From Candidatus Aenigmatarchaeota archaeon (GTDB taxonomy: Archaea; EX4484-52), in NCBI GenBank assembly GCA_023137195.1, contig JAGLPV010000023.1:1-11042 (forward strand): 11,042 nucleotides of DNA, in the 5' to 3' direction. Positions 1-9,033 of this stretch are shown here, one piece after another. Position 1 is the stretch's first letter; the number at the start of each line of letters is the position of its first letter. A program made the position numbers and the translations under genes. The notes under the pieces were generated by a model, which saw nothing but the letters and a program-made list of their open reading frames with translations, had not been told where the DNA came from and did not search any database.

Positions 1-9
1 GCCATACAA

Positions 10-870
10 CTAAAAATAAGATATTGATATAATTCCTGTTATTATCAATAAAATTGAAAATCCCTGTGTTATGGAGATTTTTTCTTTGTACGCTATTCTT
101 GCATACAATGTAGAGACTAGCGGGTTTGCGGCCATCAATGCCGCAACAATGCTTATATTTCCGCATTTTATTCCCATGTTAAAAAATAAAGCGCCAATCA
201 CTCCGAAAAAAGCAACAAAGAAAATATAGAGGAGATTTTTTTTGGTTGGGGCGCTGAAGGATGTTTTTGAAATCTTCATATGCATGGCGCTGGATAAAAA
301 ACCTCCCAATTCAATTATAAATGCTGTAAGGATAGGTCCTATTATCATTATTGGGATTTTAAAGAGGACGAATATGAGACCCCATAAAAATGATGTGATT
401 AATGCATAGGGAATGCCGCTTGAGAGTTGAAACAAATTGGATTTTTTTAAGTCATGGAAATTCAATGAAATAAAAAATATGCCTGTTATTATCAGAAGAA
501 TAGAAAATGCCTGACTCATTGAAAGGGATTCTCCGAAAAAAAGAATTGAAAATAAAACAGTGAATAATACTGAGGAATTTGCAACAGGAACTACGACGCC
601 AACTTTGCCTACATCCAATGCCTTGTAAAAAACAACCAGAGGAATGTATCCTATGAATGAAATAAGAAATGCGATTAATATGTACTTCATGGAAAAAGCC
701 ATCTCGAAATTAAAAAGCAACATTAATATTATGAACAAAGAACTTGAAATTAAATTTCGGAAAAAAACAAGTTTTTTGCTTTTTATGTTTTTGGCGGGAA
801 TCTTGGACAAAGCACTGCTCAGACCAAAACCCAGCATTGCAATCAATCCGAATATAATTTCTGCTGACAT
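10..870 (-). CDS. DMT superfamily / EamA-type transporter (two EamA repeats, ~10 TM helices)
   Basis: 286 aa, hydrophobic throughout, with an internal duplication: 'FYKALDVGKVGVVVPV...LFSILFFGESLS...SILLIITGI' vs 'FNMGIKCGNISIVAAL...LYARIAYKEKIS...SILLIITGI', typical of EamA repeats. Confidence 0.9.
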   Translation of the reverse strand: MSAEIIFGLIAMLGFGLSSALSKIPAKNIKSKKLVFFRNLISSSLFIILMLLFNFEMAFSMKYILIAFLISFIGYIPLVVFYKALDVGKVGVVVPVANSSVLFTVLFSILFFGESLSMSQAFSILLIITGIFFISLNFHDLKKSNLFQLSSGIPYALITSFLWGLIFVLFKIPIMIIGPILTAFIIELGGFLSSAMHMKISKTSFSAPTKKNLLYIFFVAFFGVIGALFFNMGIKCGNISIVAALMAANPLVSTLYARIAYKEKISITQGFSILLIITGIISISYF

Positions 871-896
871 ATAATCAAGTTTTATGTGATTGTAAT

Positions 897-954
897 CTTA
901 TAAATATTCGCCTATCCGGAAAAAGATAATCCAAAAAAAACCAAAGTATATATA
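897..954. promoter_or_regulatory. Divergent archaeal promoters (BRE+TATA) for EamA (-) and DUF373 (+)
   Basis: Minus strand GCGAATA-TTTATAAG (TATA 904-897) lies 27 nt from ATG 870. Plus strand CCAAAG-TATATATA (941-954) ends 22 nt before ATG 976. Confidence 0.55.
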
Positions 955-975
955 TTTTCTTGATAAATATTTACT

Positions 976-2124
976 ATGAATAAAGAATCTAATGAAGAAA
1001 AAATACCTGCTGAACAGGAAAATATGCTTCTTGTTTTATGCATTGACCGGGACAATGATATTGGAATGAAAATATCAAAGCAAGGTCCTATTATTGGTCG
1101 CGAGGAAAATTTGAAAACGGCGACAGAACTTGCGATTACAGACCCAAGTGAATCTGATGCAAACTGCATATTCGGGGCAATAAAAGAATATGACAAATAT
1201 GTGAAGCAAAACAAATTATGCGAAATTATTTCTCTTACAGGAAACAGGGATGTGGGAATAAAATCAGACAGACTTATCCTGAAACAACTTGACAATTTTA
1301 TAAGCGGGACAAAATACTCTATTACAGAGGCATCTATTATTTCTGATGGGGCAGAAGATGAGCAATTACTGCCTTTGATTAGGAGCAGGATTGAAATAGT
1401 GCAGTCAAAAAGGATTGTAATAAGCCAGAGCGTTCCGTTGGAATCTATGTATTATGCTATATTGAATTTTTCAAAAAGTATTTTGGAAGACAAAAAACTT
1501 TCACGGGTTTTCCTTGGAATCCCGGCAATTGCATTGCTTATATTTACTGTATTTGGCTCTGCCGGTTTTCGCATCATCCTTGGATTCATGGGACTGATGC
1601 TGTTGATAAAAGGATTTTATCTTGAATCTATTGTTGAGTCATTCTACAATGAAATCTCCAATTCAATAAAAAAAAGGAAATATTCTATATTGTTGTATAT
1701 CGGCTCCCTGTCTTTGATAATAGTCGGGGCATCGACAGGATATTCTGCTGTCCAGTCTGCTATGGGTCCGGATATTATCGTTAAAAGCGCACTGTTTGTA
1801 AAATCATCCGCTGTGTTCTTTTTCCTGTCTGCTATAACAGCAGGTCTTGGAAAGGCGTGGTTTTCAAGAGAAGAAGATAGGAAAGCAAATCTTTTCCCTT
1901 TTTTGACATATTCAAGTCTGTCTTTTTCAGTGATTTATATCCTCTATCACATCAGCGATTTTTTAATTGACAATACCCGTGGATATAAACAAATATTGTA
2001 TGCTGTGGTCATAAGCGTGTTAATTATTGGATTGAGCATGTTTATTGAAAAACGCTTTGGGAAAAAAGAAGAGGCGGTTGCTGAAGAAAAACCAGAACCA
2101 AAAAAAACATCGGGCAAAAACTAA
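976..2124 (+). CDS. DUF373 family archaeal membrane protein (COG2237-like)
   Basis: N-terminal soluble domain with 'LVLCIDRDNDIGMK', 'DPSESDAN', 'ISDGAEDE', 'RIVISQS..LESMYY' and 'FLGIP', followed by about 6 TM segments. These motifs match the DUF373 family as I recognise it. Confidence 0.88.
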   Translation: MNKESNEEKIPAEQENMLLVLCIDRDNDIGMKISKQGPIIGREENLKTATELAITDPSESDANCIFGAIKEYDKYVKQNKLCEIISLTGNRDVGIKSDRLILKQLDNFISGTKYSITEASIISDGAEDEQLLPLIRSRIEIVQSKRIVISQSVPLESMYYAILNFSKSILEDKKLSRVFLGIPAIALLIFTVFGSAGFRIILGFMGLMLLIKGFYLESIVESFYNEISNSIKKRKYSILLYIGSLSLIIVGASTGYSAVQSAMGPDIIVKSALFVKSSAVFFFLSAITAGLGKAWFSREEDRKANLFPFLTYSSLSFSVIYILYHISDFLIDNTRGYKQILYAVVISVLIIGLSMFIEKRFGKKEEAVAEEKPEPKKTSGKN

Positions 2125-2128
2125 AGTA

Positions 2129-2136
2129 TTTATAAT
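2129..2136 (+). promoter_or_regulatory. TATA box for minD
   Basis: TTTATAAT ending 21 nt before ATG 2157. Confidence 0.5.
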
Positions 2137-2156
2137 TAATATCTACTTTACTTATA

Positions 2157-2918
2157 ATGCAAAAAATAATTGCCATTGTATCTGGAAAAGGCGGTGTCGG
2201 GAAGACCTTTGTTTCTATTAATTTAGCTTCGGCACTGCACCAGTTTGGGGAAAAAGTCACTATTGTGGATGCTGATGTTTCTGCATCCAACTTGGGTCTT
2301 CACCTGGGGTATTATTCTTTTCCTGTAAAATTACAGGATGTTCTGGCAGGAAATATGGATATTAAAAAAGCAACTTATGTGCATCCATCCGGGCTGAAAT
2401 TGATTCCTTCTGCTATTGACCTTGCCAACTGCCAGTGTAGTTTGTCTAAATTAAGGGATGTGTTGAGTCCTATTGATGAGACTATTATTGTGGATTCTCC
2501 TCCCGGGCTTTCTGCTGATGCACTGGATGTAATTGCGGCAGCTGATTATATTATTGCGGTCACCAATCCTGAACTGCCGAGCATTACAAATGCCCTTAAA
2601 GTGATACAGACGGCGCAAAATATGAAAAAGACGACACTGGGTGTGATTGTGAATCGTATATATAATGACCAGTATGAAATAAAATCAGAGGAAATAGAGA
2701 TAATGACTGAGTCGCATATTTTAGCTAAATTGAAAGAGTCCAGGGATGTCAAAAAGAGCATTTTTTTGAAGAATCCTCTTATTGTCATTGACCCGCTTCA
2801 TCCTTCTTCTATAGAGTTTAAACACCTTGCGGCAAAATTGATAGGGAAAAAATATGTCCCTCCAAACTATGTTTCAGTGAAAAGATTTCTTAGGAATAAC
2901 GGAATAAATGTTTTTTAA
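2157..2918 (+). CDS. minD: MinD/ParA-family ATPase (archaeal MinD-like)
   Basis: Deviant Walker A 'SGKGGVGKT', 'VDAD...NL', Walker B 'IVDSPPG', 'VTNPELPSITNA', 'GVIVNR', 253 aa. Confidence 0.88.
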   Translation: MQKIIAIVSGKGGVGKTFVSINLASALHQFGEKVTIVDADVSASNLGLHLGYYSFPVKLQDVLAGNMDIKKATYVHPSGLKLIPSAIDLANCQCSLSKLRDVLSPIDETIIVDSPPGLSADALDVIAAADYIIAVTNPELPSITNALKVIQTAQNMKKTTLGVIVNRIYNDQYEIKSEEIEIMTESHILAKLKESRDVKKSIFLKNPLIVIDPLHPSSIEFKHLAAKLIGKKYVPPNYVSVKRFLRNNGINVF

Positions 2919-2943
2919 GATTTAAAAGCTTTTTTTCCTATAA

Positions 2944-3468
2944 ATGAGTATGGCACTGTCTTTTGATACATTAAGGAAATTGCAGGAAAATGAAGAAAAA
3001 AACAGGTACACCCTGCAAAAGATAGATGATAATTTCTACAAGGATTTGAGAGAATACCTGGCTAAAATCAATGAAGAGTATTCTGGTGAAGAAAAGGAAA
3101 ATATCAATAATATAGTGAAGAAGATATTCAAGCTCAGGATGGAAAAGTTGATAAAAATTGCGCGGCTGTCCTTAAATACCCATATGGATGTTGAAAACTG
3201 CACTACCAAGGAAAAGTATTTTATAGAAGACATAAAAACAGTCATACTTGATTATCAAAAAGAACTGGGACCTAAAATATTTCCTTCGCAAAAAGAAGCT
3301 TTTGAGAAAAAGGATGATTTTTCAAAGGTGAAATTCCTGTCGGATGTCTTTTCTTTTGTGATGGATGACATGAAAACATACGGTCCTTATAAAAAAGATG
3401 AGGAGCATCTGCTTCCAAAGAAAGTTGCTATTCTTTTGCTGAAGCATAAGAAAGTTGCTAAATTATAA
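2944..3468 (+). CDS. DNA replication complex GINS protein, Gins51/Gins15 type (A domain then B domain); true start may be ATG 2950
   Basis: N-terminal helical 'LRKLQENE...LQKIDDNFYKDLREYL...IFKLRMEKL' and C-terminal B domain 'VKFLSDVFSFVMDDMKTYGPYKKDEEHLLPKKVAILLL'. TTTAAAAG at 2921-2928 ends 22 nt before ATG 2950. Confidence 0.85.
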   Translation: MSMALSFDTLRKLQENEEKNRYTLQKIDDNFYKDLREYLAKINEEYSGEEKENINNIVKKIFKLRMEKLIKIARLSLNTHMDVENCTTKEKYFIEDIKTVILDYQKELGPKIFPSQKEAFEKKDDFSKVKFLSDVFSFVMDDMKTYGPYKKDEEHLLPKKVAILLLKHKKVAKL

Positions 3469-3512
3469 AATTCTGCCAAAAACTATTTAAATATATGATT
3501 GTAAATATAATA

Positions 3513-6269
3513 ATGTCTTTAACACAAGCAAATTTTTTAACGAAACATACAAAAAAAAAATTCATATTGTATCTAAAGTCCCTTGCGAATTATACCCCTC
3601 ATATACAATACAGAAAATTTATGATTTATTTTATCTCTGTTTTCCTTATTCTTCCCTTTTCCTGTTTTGCAGAAAGCGTCACGCTGACACCGGATGTTTT
3701 GTGGTATAGCGTCAATCAGGCACAATGGATTGGCGGAGGAAACAATAATATTGTGATAACTGCACAATGTTCCAATACTACAACCTGCGCTGTTGCTCAA
3801 ATTAAGATGGGTGCCAATATATTAGCAAAACCTACGATGAGTTATTCTGACGGAATCTACAGCACGACCTACAGACCGCCAAGCGTAAGTCCTTTTGGAG
3901 GAATATATGAAGTTAAGGTCAAATGCGACGATGAATGGATAAATGACACAAAGACATTTTCTATCCATAAGATAAAGGTTGATCTGGATGGAGTTAGTTC
4001 TTTCCAGACTTATGAAAAAACAGTGATGATTGACAAAACAACAGACATTGATGTTTATACTACTGTATTTGACAATGAAGAGCATATTGATATCAATCAC
4101 ATCAGCAGTGACGATGAATTGTCATTTGGTGTAAAAATATATACCGATGACAATGACGTGCTTTATGACAGCGTGGTTAATATTGACAAGAGAGAGCCCA
4201 ATACAAGGACAAATTATGGAGACTGGATTTTGCATCTTGGAAAAATGCCGCAGTCTTCTATTTTAGATAAGGATTACAATGTGAAATTAACCATTAATTA
4301 CAAAGATAAGATTACAAGCAGAATAGAGACTGCTTTTTTTCATTTCAATGGGTTTGATGAGGTGGAAGAAGAAGAGGAAAACAACAATAATGATGAGCCA
4401 GAAGAATACTTATATGCGACAATATCTGATTTGAGCGACCCCTTGTACATTGCCGGGGAAGTAAGCAATGTAGATGCTCATATAAGAATAAATCAATCGC
4501 TTTCTAATTTTGATTTGAAAAAAGAACACTTCAGCGCGGAGTTGTATGATGATGTAGATAAAATTGCTACTTTGAAAATAAATAGCATGAACAAGGATTC
4601 ATCAAAAGAATACACACTTAATCTTGAAGACATCCCTTCACTTGATATTGAAAAGGACGAGTATCATATTAAATTGTATCTTGAATATCCCGGGCAAAAC
4701 GAAATATTAATTGACGTCCCTGTTGAGATGGCAATTGAATTCGGCGGGGTTGTGAAAAAGAAAGATGGTGTTGTTGTCCCAACAACTATAGAGATAAGAA
4801 AGACTGGTTTTTACAAAAAAATAAAGACTGACACAAAGGGGGAGTTTAATTCGATTCTTCCTTTTGACACTTACGATATAAAATTCATGTTCGAGAACGG
4901 AGCAAACAATCCTGTAATTGTAAAAACCAATGGCGTGACATTTGAAAAAACAGAAAGTTCTGTCAATTTCGCAAAAAATTCCATTGTCTATGACAATATC
5001 AATTCCGGCGAAGTGGATATTGATTTAAACGGGATGAGGGTCGCAAACATGATTGTATTCCAGTTTGCTCTTCCATACGAAGACATTGAAGTCCAGACAT
5101 ATTATGATGCTTCAAAAATATACAATGAAGAAAACATCGCAGTGTTTAAATGCACAAACTGGAACAATGGAGCGCAAAACTGCATATCCGGCTTCATACA
5201 GGTCAATGACATTACAAAAAACACGAACAGTGATTTCATAATCATCAAAACTTCGTATCTTGGCAGTTTTATTGTCTCTTCTATAGATTCTGTTAGTATA
5301 GAACTCAATAAAATGAACATGGAATATTATTCAGAAGAAGACATGGTCTTTGAGGGCAATGTTGTTGATATGGAAAATCATGCTCTTGATAAAGCAACAG
5401 TTTATTATTATATTAAAGATACTAACATAGCAGGCGATATAGAAACACAGGAAGACGGCAGTTTTGAGACTATATTTGATGCACCTGTAAAAAGCGGTAT
5501 TTACAGGCTGTATTATTATGCATCAAAGAGTCCTTTTTTCCCGAGCAAAAATGAATCGGTGACTTTCAAAATACTGCAAAAACCGGATTTTGATTTGACT
5601 CTACCCTCGTCTGATTCAAGAAAAATAATATTGGGAGAAAAAGCAAACCTGGATTTTATCCTAAAAAACAATGGAGATATGACAATAAATGATATTCTCA
5701 TTGATGTTCAATGTGATGGGCTTAATGAAAAAGAACAATATAATTATTATCCAAAAACGCTTGATAAGTTAAGTAAAAATGATGAAGAAAAAATCACTTT
5801 TTTTATTGAACTTGATGATGACTATTGTGAATTATATGGATGCAAAACGGTCTATTCCTGCGGGATTACGATTGAATCTAAAGAAAAAACAATAACCGAT
5901 AGTCTTGTACTTCCATTGAACCTGGTTCAAGGAGATATAAAAACAAGCGATAGTCGAAGCACTTCAGCCAATGAGGATAAAGAGATAGAGACTAAAATAG
6001 AGAAAAATAATATTCTTCCAAAATTTTCAATAACCGGGTTTGCATCAAAAATAACAAGTCCGATAAACAAGGATAATATTACAAACATGAAAATAGCGGC
6101 TGTTTTTCTTCTTATAATTGTATCTGTCCTTGTACTTAAAAACAAAAACAATCCGGGGAAGGCGTACAATTACTCCGGTGGAAAGTATAAATACAAAAAC
6201 ATAGCTGCCCGAAAAAGCGTAATCAATTCATTTAATAAAATAAAGGAAGAAGTAAAGGGAAAACTATAA
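3513..6269 (+). CDS. Large secreted, C-terminally membrane-anchored surface protein with Ig-like/CARDB-like beta domains (start could be 3495, 3513 or 3621)
   Basis: Signal-like 'RKFMIYFISVFLILPFSCFA'; acidic beta-rich body; 'TDTKGEF' and 'TQEDGSF' motifs; CARDB-like 'FILKNNGDMTINDILIDV'; C-terminal TM 'IAAVFLLIIVSVLVL' with a Lys-rich tail. TTTAAATA at 3486-3493 favours start 3513. Confidence 0.75.
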   Translation: MSLTQANFLTKHTKKKFILYLKSLANYTPHIQYRKFMIYFISVFLILPFSCFAESVTLTPDVLWYSVNQAQWIGGGNNNIVITAQCSNTTTCAVAQIKMGANILAKPTMSYSDGIYSTTYRPPSVSPFGGIYEVKVKCDDEWINDTKTFSIHKIKVDLDGVSSFQTYEKTVMIDKTTDIDVYTTVFDNEEHIDINHISSDDELSFGVKIYTDDNDVLYDSVVNIDKREPNTRTNYGDWILHLGKMPQSSILDKDYNVKLTINYKDKITSRIETAFFHFNGFDEVEEEEENNNNDEPEEYLYATISDLSDPLYIAGEVSNVDAHIRINQSLSNFDLKKEHFSAELYDDVDKIATLKINSMNKDSSKEYTLNLEDIPSLDIEKDEYHIKLYLEYPGQNEILIDVPVEMAIEFGGVVKKKDGVVVPTTIEIRKTGFYKKIKTDTKGEFNSILPFDTYDIKFMFENGANNPVIVKTNGVTFEKTESSVNFAKNSIVYDNINSGEVDIDLNGMRVANMIVFQFALPYEDIEVQTYYDASKIYNEENIAVFKCTNWNNGAQNCISGFIQVNDITKNTNSDFIIIKTSYLGSFIVSSIDSVSIELNKMNMEYYSEEDMVFEGNVVDMENHALDKATVYYYIKDTNIAGDIETQEDGSFETIFDAPVKSGIYRLYYYASKSPFFPSKNESVTFKILQKPDFDLTLPSSDSRKIILGEKANLDFILKNNGDMTINDILIDVQCDGLNEKEQYNYYPKTLDKLSKNDEEKITFFIELDDDYCELYGCKTVYSCGITIESKEKTITDSLVLPLNLVQGDIKTSDSRSTSANEDKEIETKIEKNNILPKFSITGFASKITSPINKDNITNMKIAAVFLLIIVSVLVLKNKNNPGKAYNYSGGKYKYKNIAARKSVINSFNKIKEEVKGKL

Positions 6270-6292
6270 ATAAATTAAATTAAAGAGAATAT

Positions 6293-6766
6293 ATGGCAAA
6301 TGTAACTAACCTATTATTGGGCAACCTAACAGATATTGGTTTCTTTGAGTTGCTATTACCCTGGATATTATTTTTCACGCTTCTTTATGTGGTTTTTAAG
6401 AAAACGAATCTCTTTGTTGAAGAAACGCAGAATATAACACTTTCCCTTGCGTTGTCTTTATTTATCGTCAATTTTACGCCACTTGGTCTCTCCTTTGCCA
6501 ATATACTGAGTCGTTCGTTTGGATTTATGGCACTTGGCATGGTATTTATATTGATTGCATGGGTCTTTTGCGGGATGCTTGGCGTAGATACAATCTCTCT
6601 TGTCCGAGATAATAGGAATATCTTTTTTGCTATCGGCGTCTTATTTGCATTCATTGTTTCTGTAAAAATTATGGGAAATTATATTGGAGATATTAGTGAT
6701 ATGCTCGTTACACTCTTTTTTGTAGTATGTATTTTTGGCGGGATGTATTACGTTACAAAAAGTTAA
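6293..6766 (+). CDS. Hypothetical multi-pass membrane protein (~5 TM)
   Basis: 157 aa hydrophobic ORF with 'LLLPWILFFTLLYVVFKKTNLF...NITLSLALSLF'. TATAAATA at 6265-6272 ends 21 nt before the ATG. Confidence 0.8.
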   Translation: MANVTNLLLGNLTDIGFFELLLPWILFFTLLYVVFKKTNLFVEETQNITLSLALSLFIVNFTPLGLSFANILSRSFGFMALGMVFILIAWVFCGMLGVDTISLVRDNRNIFFAIGVLFAFIVSVKIMGNYIGDISDMLVTLFFVVCIFGGMYYVTKS

Positions 6767-6786
6767 ATTAATAAAAAACAATTATT

Positions 6787-8523
6787 ATGGCGAAATTCAT
6801 TCTTGCTGATGAAAACATGGAGGCTAATTCTGACGGGAGTAATCCCCTGAATTTTGCCGGGAAAAATCTTGGAAAATGCGTGTTTGTTGCAGGAGCGAAC
6901 CAGAAAAATTATGTTATGAACCCGACCACCAAAAGTGGTGGGATTGCAGGGATATTAACCGGCTCTTTTTTTGAAGCAGGAAAAGATGGATGGACTATCA
7001 AGAAGGGCGCAGAATCTTTTTATTGCCCGATAAGTTTCGTGTCATTCTATCGCAATACGCAGGAAAAAAAAGAAATGCTGTATAATAAAATAAGAGAAGG
7101 GCTGAAAATAATAAAAACAGACATAGAAGAATTTAATCAGCTGGATGATAAAATATCTAAATATAACGCCCAGATAAATCAATTAAACAATCTGAAATCC
7201 GCCAACGAGAGTGCTAAAAAACAGGCAGAACTGTATTTCAAACATATGTTCATCAATGAAATAGATTATTTTAGCGGAAGCATACAAAAAGAAGAAGGAA
7301 AAGCAAGTCTTGTATCTATGCAAAAAAAGAGTTTCCCGACCATTATTGATGATTTTTTAAGCCTGAACAAGGCTTCTGAACTTGAAACAAACAGTTATCT
7401 TAATAATATTCCTACTGTTGAAAAGAACCTCCTTAAAAGTAAACTAACGGCATACAACGAATGGATGCAAATATACCAAAGTACGCTGAAGTCAAGATTA
7501 GATCAATATGGTCAGATAAAAAGAAGCAAGGAATTCGTCATAAACCAGACAAAGGAATCATTGAAACCGCATATTACGCAATATAAACTGTTTAAAGATG
7601 CCTTATCCTCTGCAGGAAAACTGAAAAATGAAGTTTCTTTTTTTATGAAACAGATTGGTTCCCAGGAGCCGTTTGAAAGTTTTATGGTCAATTATCTCGT
7701 CAAAGGATTGACCGATCCCCACCAGACAATGGCTCCGAACCAATTTGTAAGAGAAGCTGAAATGGATGGCGCTTATGGAAAATACGGGTGCTATGATAAG
7801 TTCATGAGAGAAGAACTGGTATTCAATTTTGATCACGGGCTTATCTGTGATTTCCCGTGGATTACAGAAGAATGGGTTGAGAAAGAAGTAAAGGCAATTA
7901 CCTCTGCAGGCTACTGGAAAAAGAATAAACTCTATTTTAATTTCTTTAAACTACAAAGCAACAAGACTATAACCGAACTTCCTCTGGGCAATGGAAATGC
8001 TATTATGGAAGATGCAGATATTATAGCCAGTATGTTTGTCATGAGCAGGAATGTAATGGCGGCAAAAATGCTTGAATTGGCGGCAAAGGAAGAAGAAGCA
8101 GTATTATATGTCGACAAAATGCTTGGTCTTGTTCCGAAAGTTAATGGGAGAAAAATAATAAAATATGAAACAAAGGGATTTAATTATGTTGTTGGAGGAA
8201 ATGTCTATGATTCAAAAGCAAAACTGCTTGAAACTTTTCCAAAAGATAAATTTAACCTAGTAAGGCATAAAAAACCCAGTAAACTTATTGAATCTATAAA
8301 AGATATGTTCTTTATCAATTTCGATTTTAGGGTGCCCGGTGGTCCTTATGAACACCAATTTCACAGATCGCTGAATAAAATATTCCTCAAGGGTCCTGTG
8401 ATTCAAAGGTATAATGGATTATGCGGATTGATTCTAAAAAGAATGAATATTGAAGGACCAATAACGCCACTTCAGTCGGAAGGAATGAAAATATTCCAGG
8501 ATCAGATAAATAGGGATCAATGA
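6787..8523 (+). CDS. Hypothetical soluble protein with central coiled-coil/helical region
   Basis: 578-aa ORF 20 nt after the previous gene, with heptad-like 'LKIIKTDIEEFNQLDDKISKYNAQINQLNNLKSAN'. No catalytic motif recognised. Confidence 0.8.
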   Translation: MAKFILADENMEANSDGSNPLNFAGKNLGKCVFVAGANQKNYVMNPTTKSGGIAGILTGSFFEAGKDGWTIKKGAESFYCPISFVSFYRNTQEKKEMLYNKIREGLKIIKTDIEEFNQLDDKISKYNAQINQLNNLKSANESAKKQAELYFKHMFINEIDYFSGSIQKEEGKASLVSMQKKSFPTIIDDFLSLNKASELETNSYLNNIPTVEKNLLKSKLTAYNEWMQIYQSTLKSRLDQYGQIKRSKEFVINQTKESLKPHITQYKLFKDALSSAGKLKNEVSFFMKQIGSQEPFESFMVNYLVKGLTDPHQTMAPNQFVREAEMDGAYGKYGCYDKFMREELVFNFDHGLICDFPWITEEWVEKEVKAITSAGYWKKNKLYFNFFKLQSNKTITELPLGNGNAIMEDADIIASMFVMSRNVMAAKMLELAAKEEEAVLYVDKMLGLVPKVNGRKIIKYETKGFNYVVGGNVYDSKAKLLETFPKDKFNLVRHKKPSKLIESIKDMFFINFDFRVPGGPYEHQFHRSLNKIFLKGPVIQRYNGLCGLILKRMNIEGPITPLQSEGMKIFQDQINRDQ

Positions 8524-8742
8524 TTGTGTTCTTTCCTGAGTATTGTGTGGCAATAGTATCTCCACAGGATGTGAGAAAATTTCATATTCTTTTTTGCACA
8601 TTCACCTTTGTTGAATGACACATATGGAAGTGCAGAACCGTTAAAATCTACGAGATTCTTACAATCATAGCAGAAAACATAACTATAGCAAAACACATAA
8701 ATAATCATAAAAGTTTCCCCTACGCAAATACTACTTTTAAGC

Positions 8743-9033
8743 TTATTTTCTGCTTACCATTTATACACAGCAGAAAATAATACAAAGATATAAATCTGTA
8801 TTTAGATGGCATTTATGTATTTTGCTAGTATATCGCGCCACACACTTGCATTACTTTTGTGCCGCGATATAATACAATAAGACAGTTGTATTTTCTACTT
8901 GTGTATTTGACTGTGAATAAATTTGAAAGTTAAACAGGCAAATATATACGAAGACACAATTATTATAACAGAAACAATTGTGTTTGAGAATATCTCACCC
9001 CGCATACTCGTAAAACTTTTGTGTTGTGAGATA
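8743..9033 (+). repeat. Diverged tandem duplication (~160-166 nt offset), each unit holding three hairpins
   Basis: 8829-8871 vs 8991-9033 align ungapped at 30/43. TACAAAGATATAAAT (8781) aligns with TACGAAGACACAATT (8947). Hairpins 8743-8780 and 8904-8944 have similar arms. Confidence 0.7.

Noticed and set aside
4357-4407. GAA/AAC trinucleotide runs
   Set aside because: They encode an acidic low-complexity linker and are not an independent repeat element.
8517-8708. 63-aa minus-strand ORF with YVFCYS/YVFCYD repeat
   Set aside because: The peptide repeat is a by-product of the 18-nt DNA repeat. The ORF overlaps the inverted-repeat arm and the upstream stop, and has no recognisable motif.
8784-8885. 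dif/Xer site suggested by GATATAA half-sites between convergent genes
   Set aside because: No inverted TTAT(A/G)T arm follows a 6-bp spacer at either half-site.
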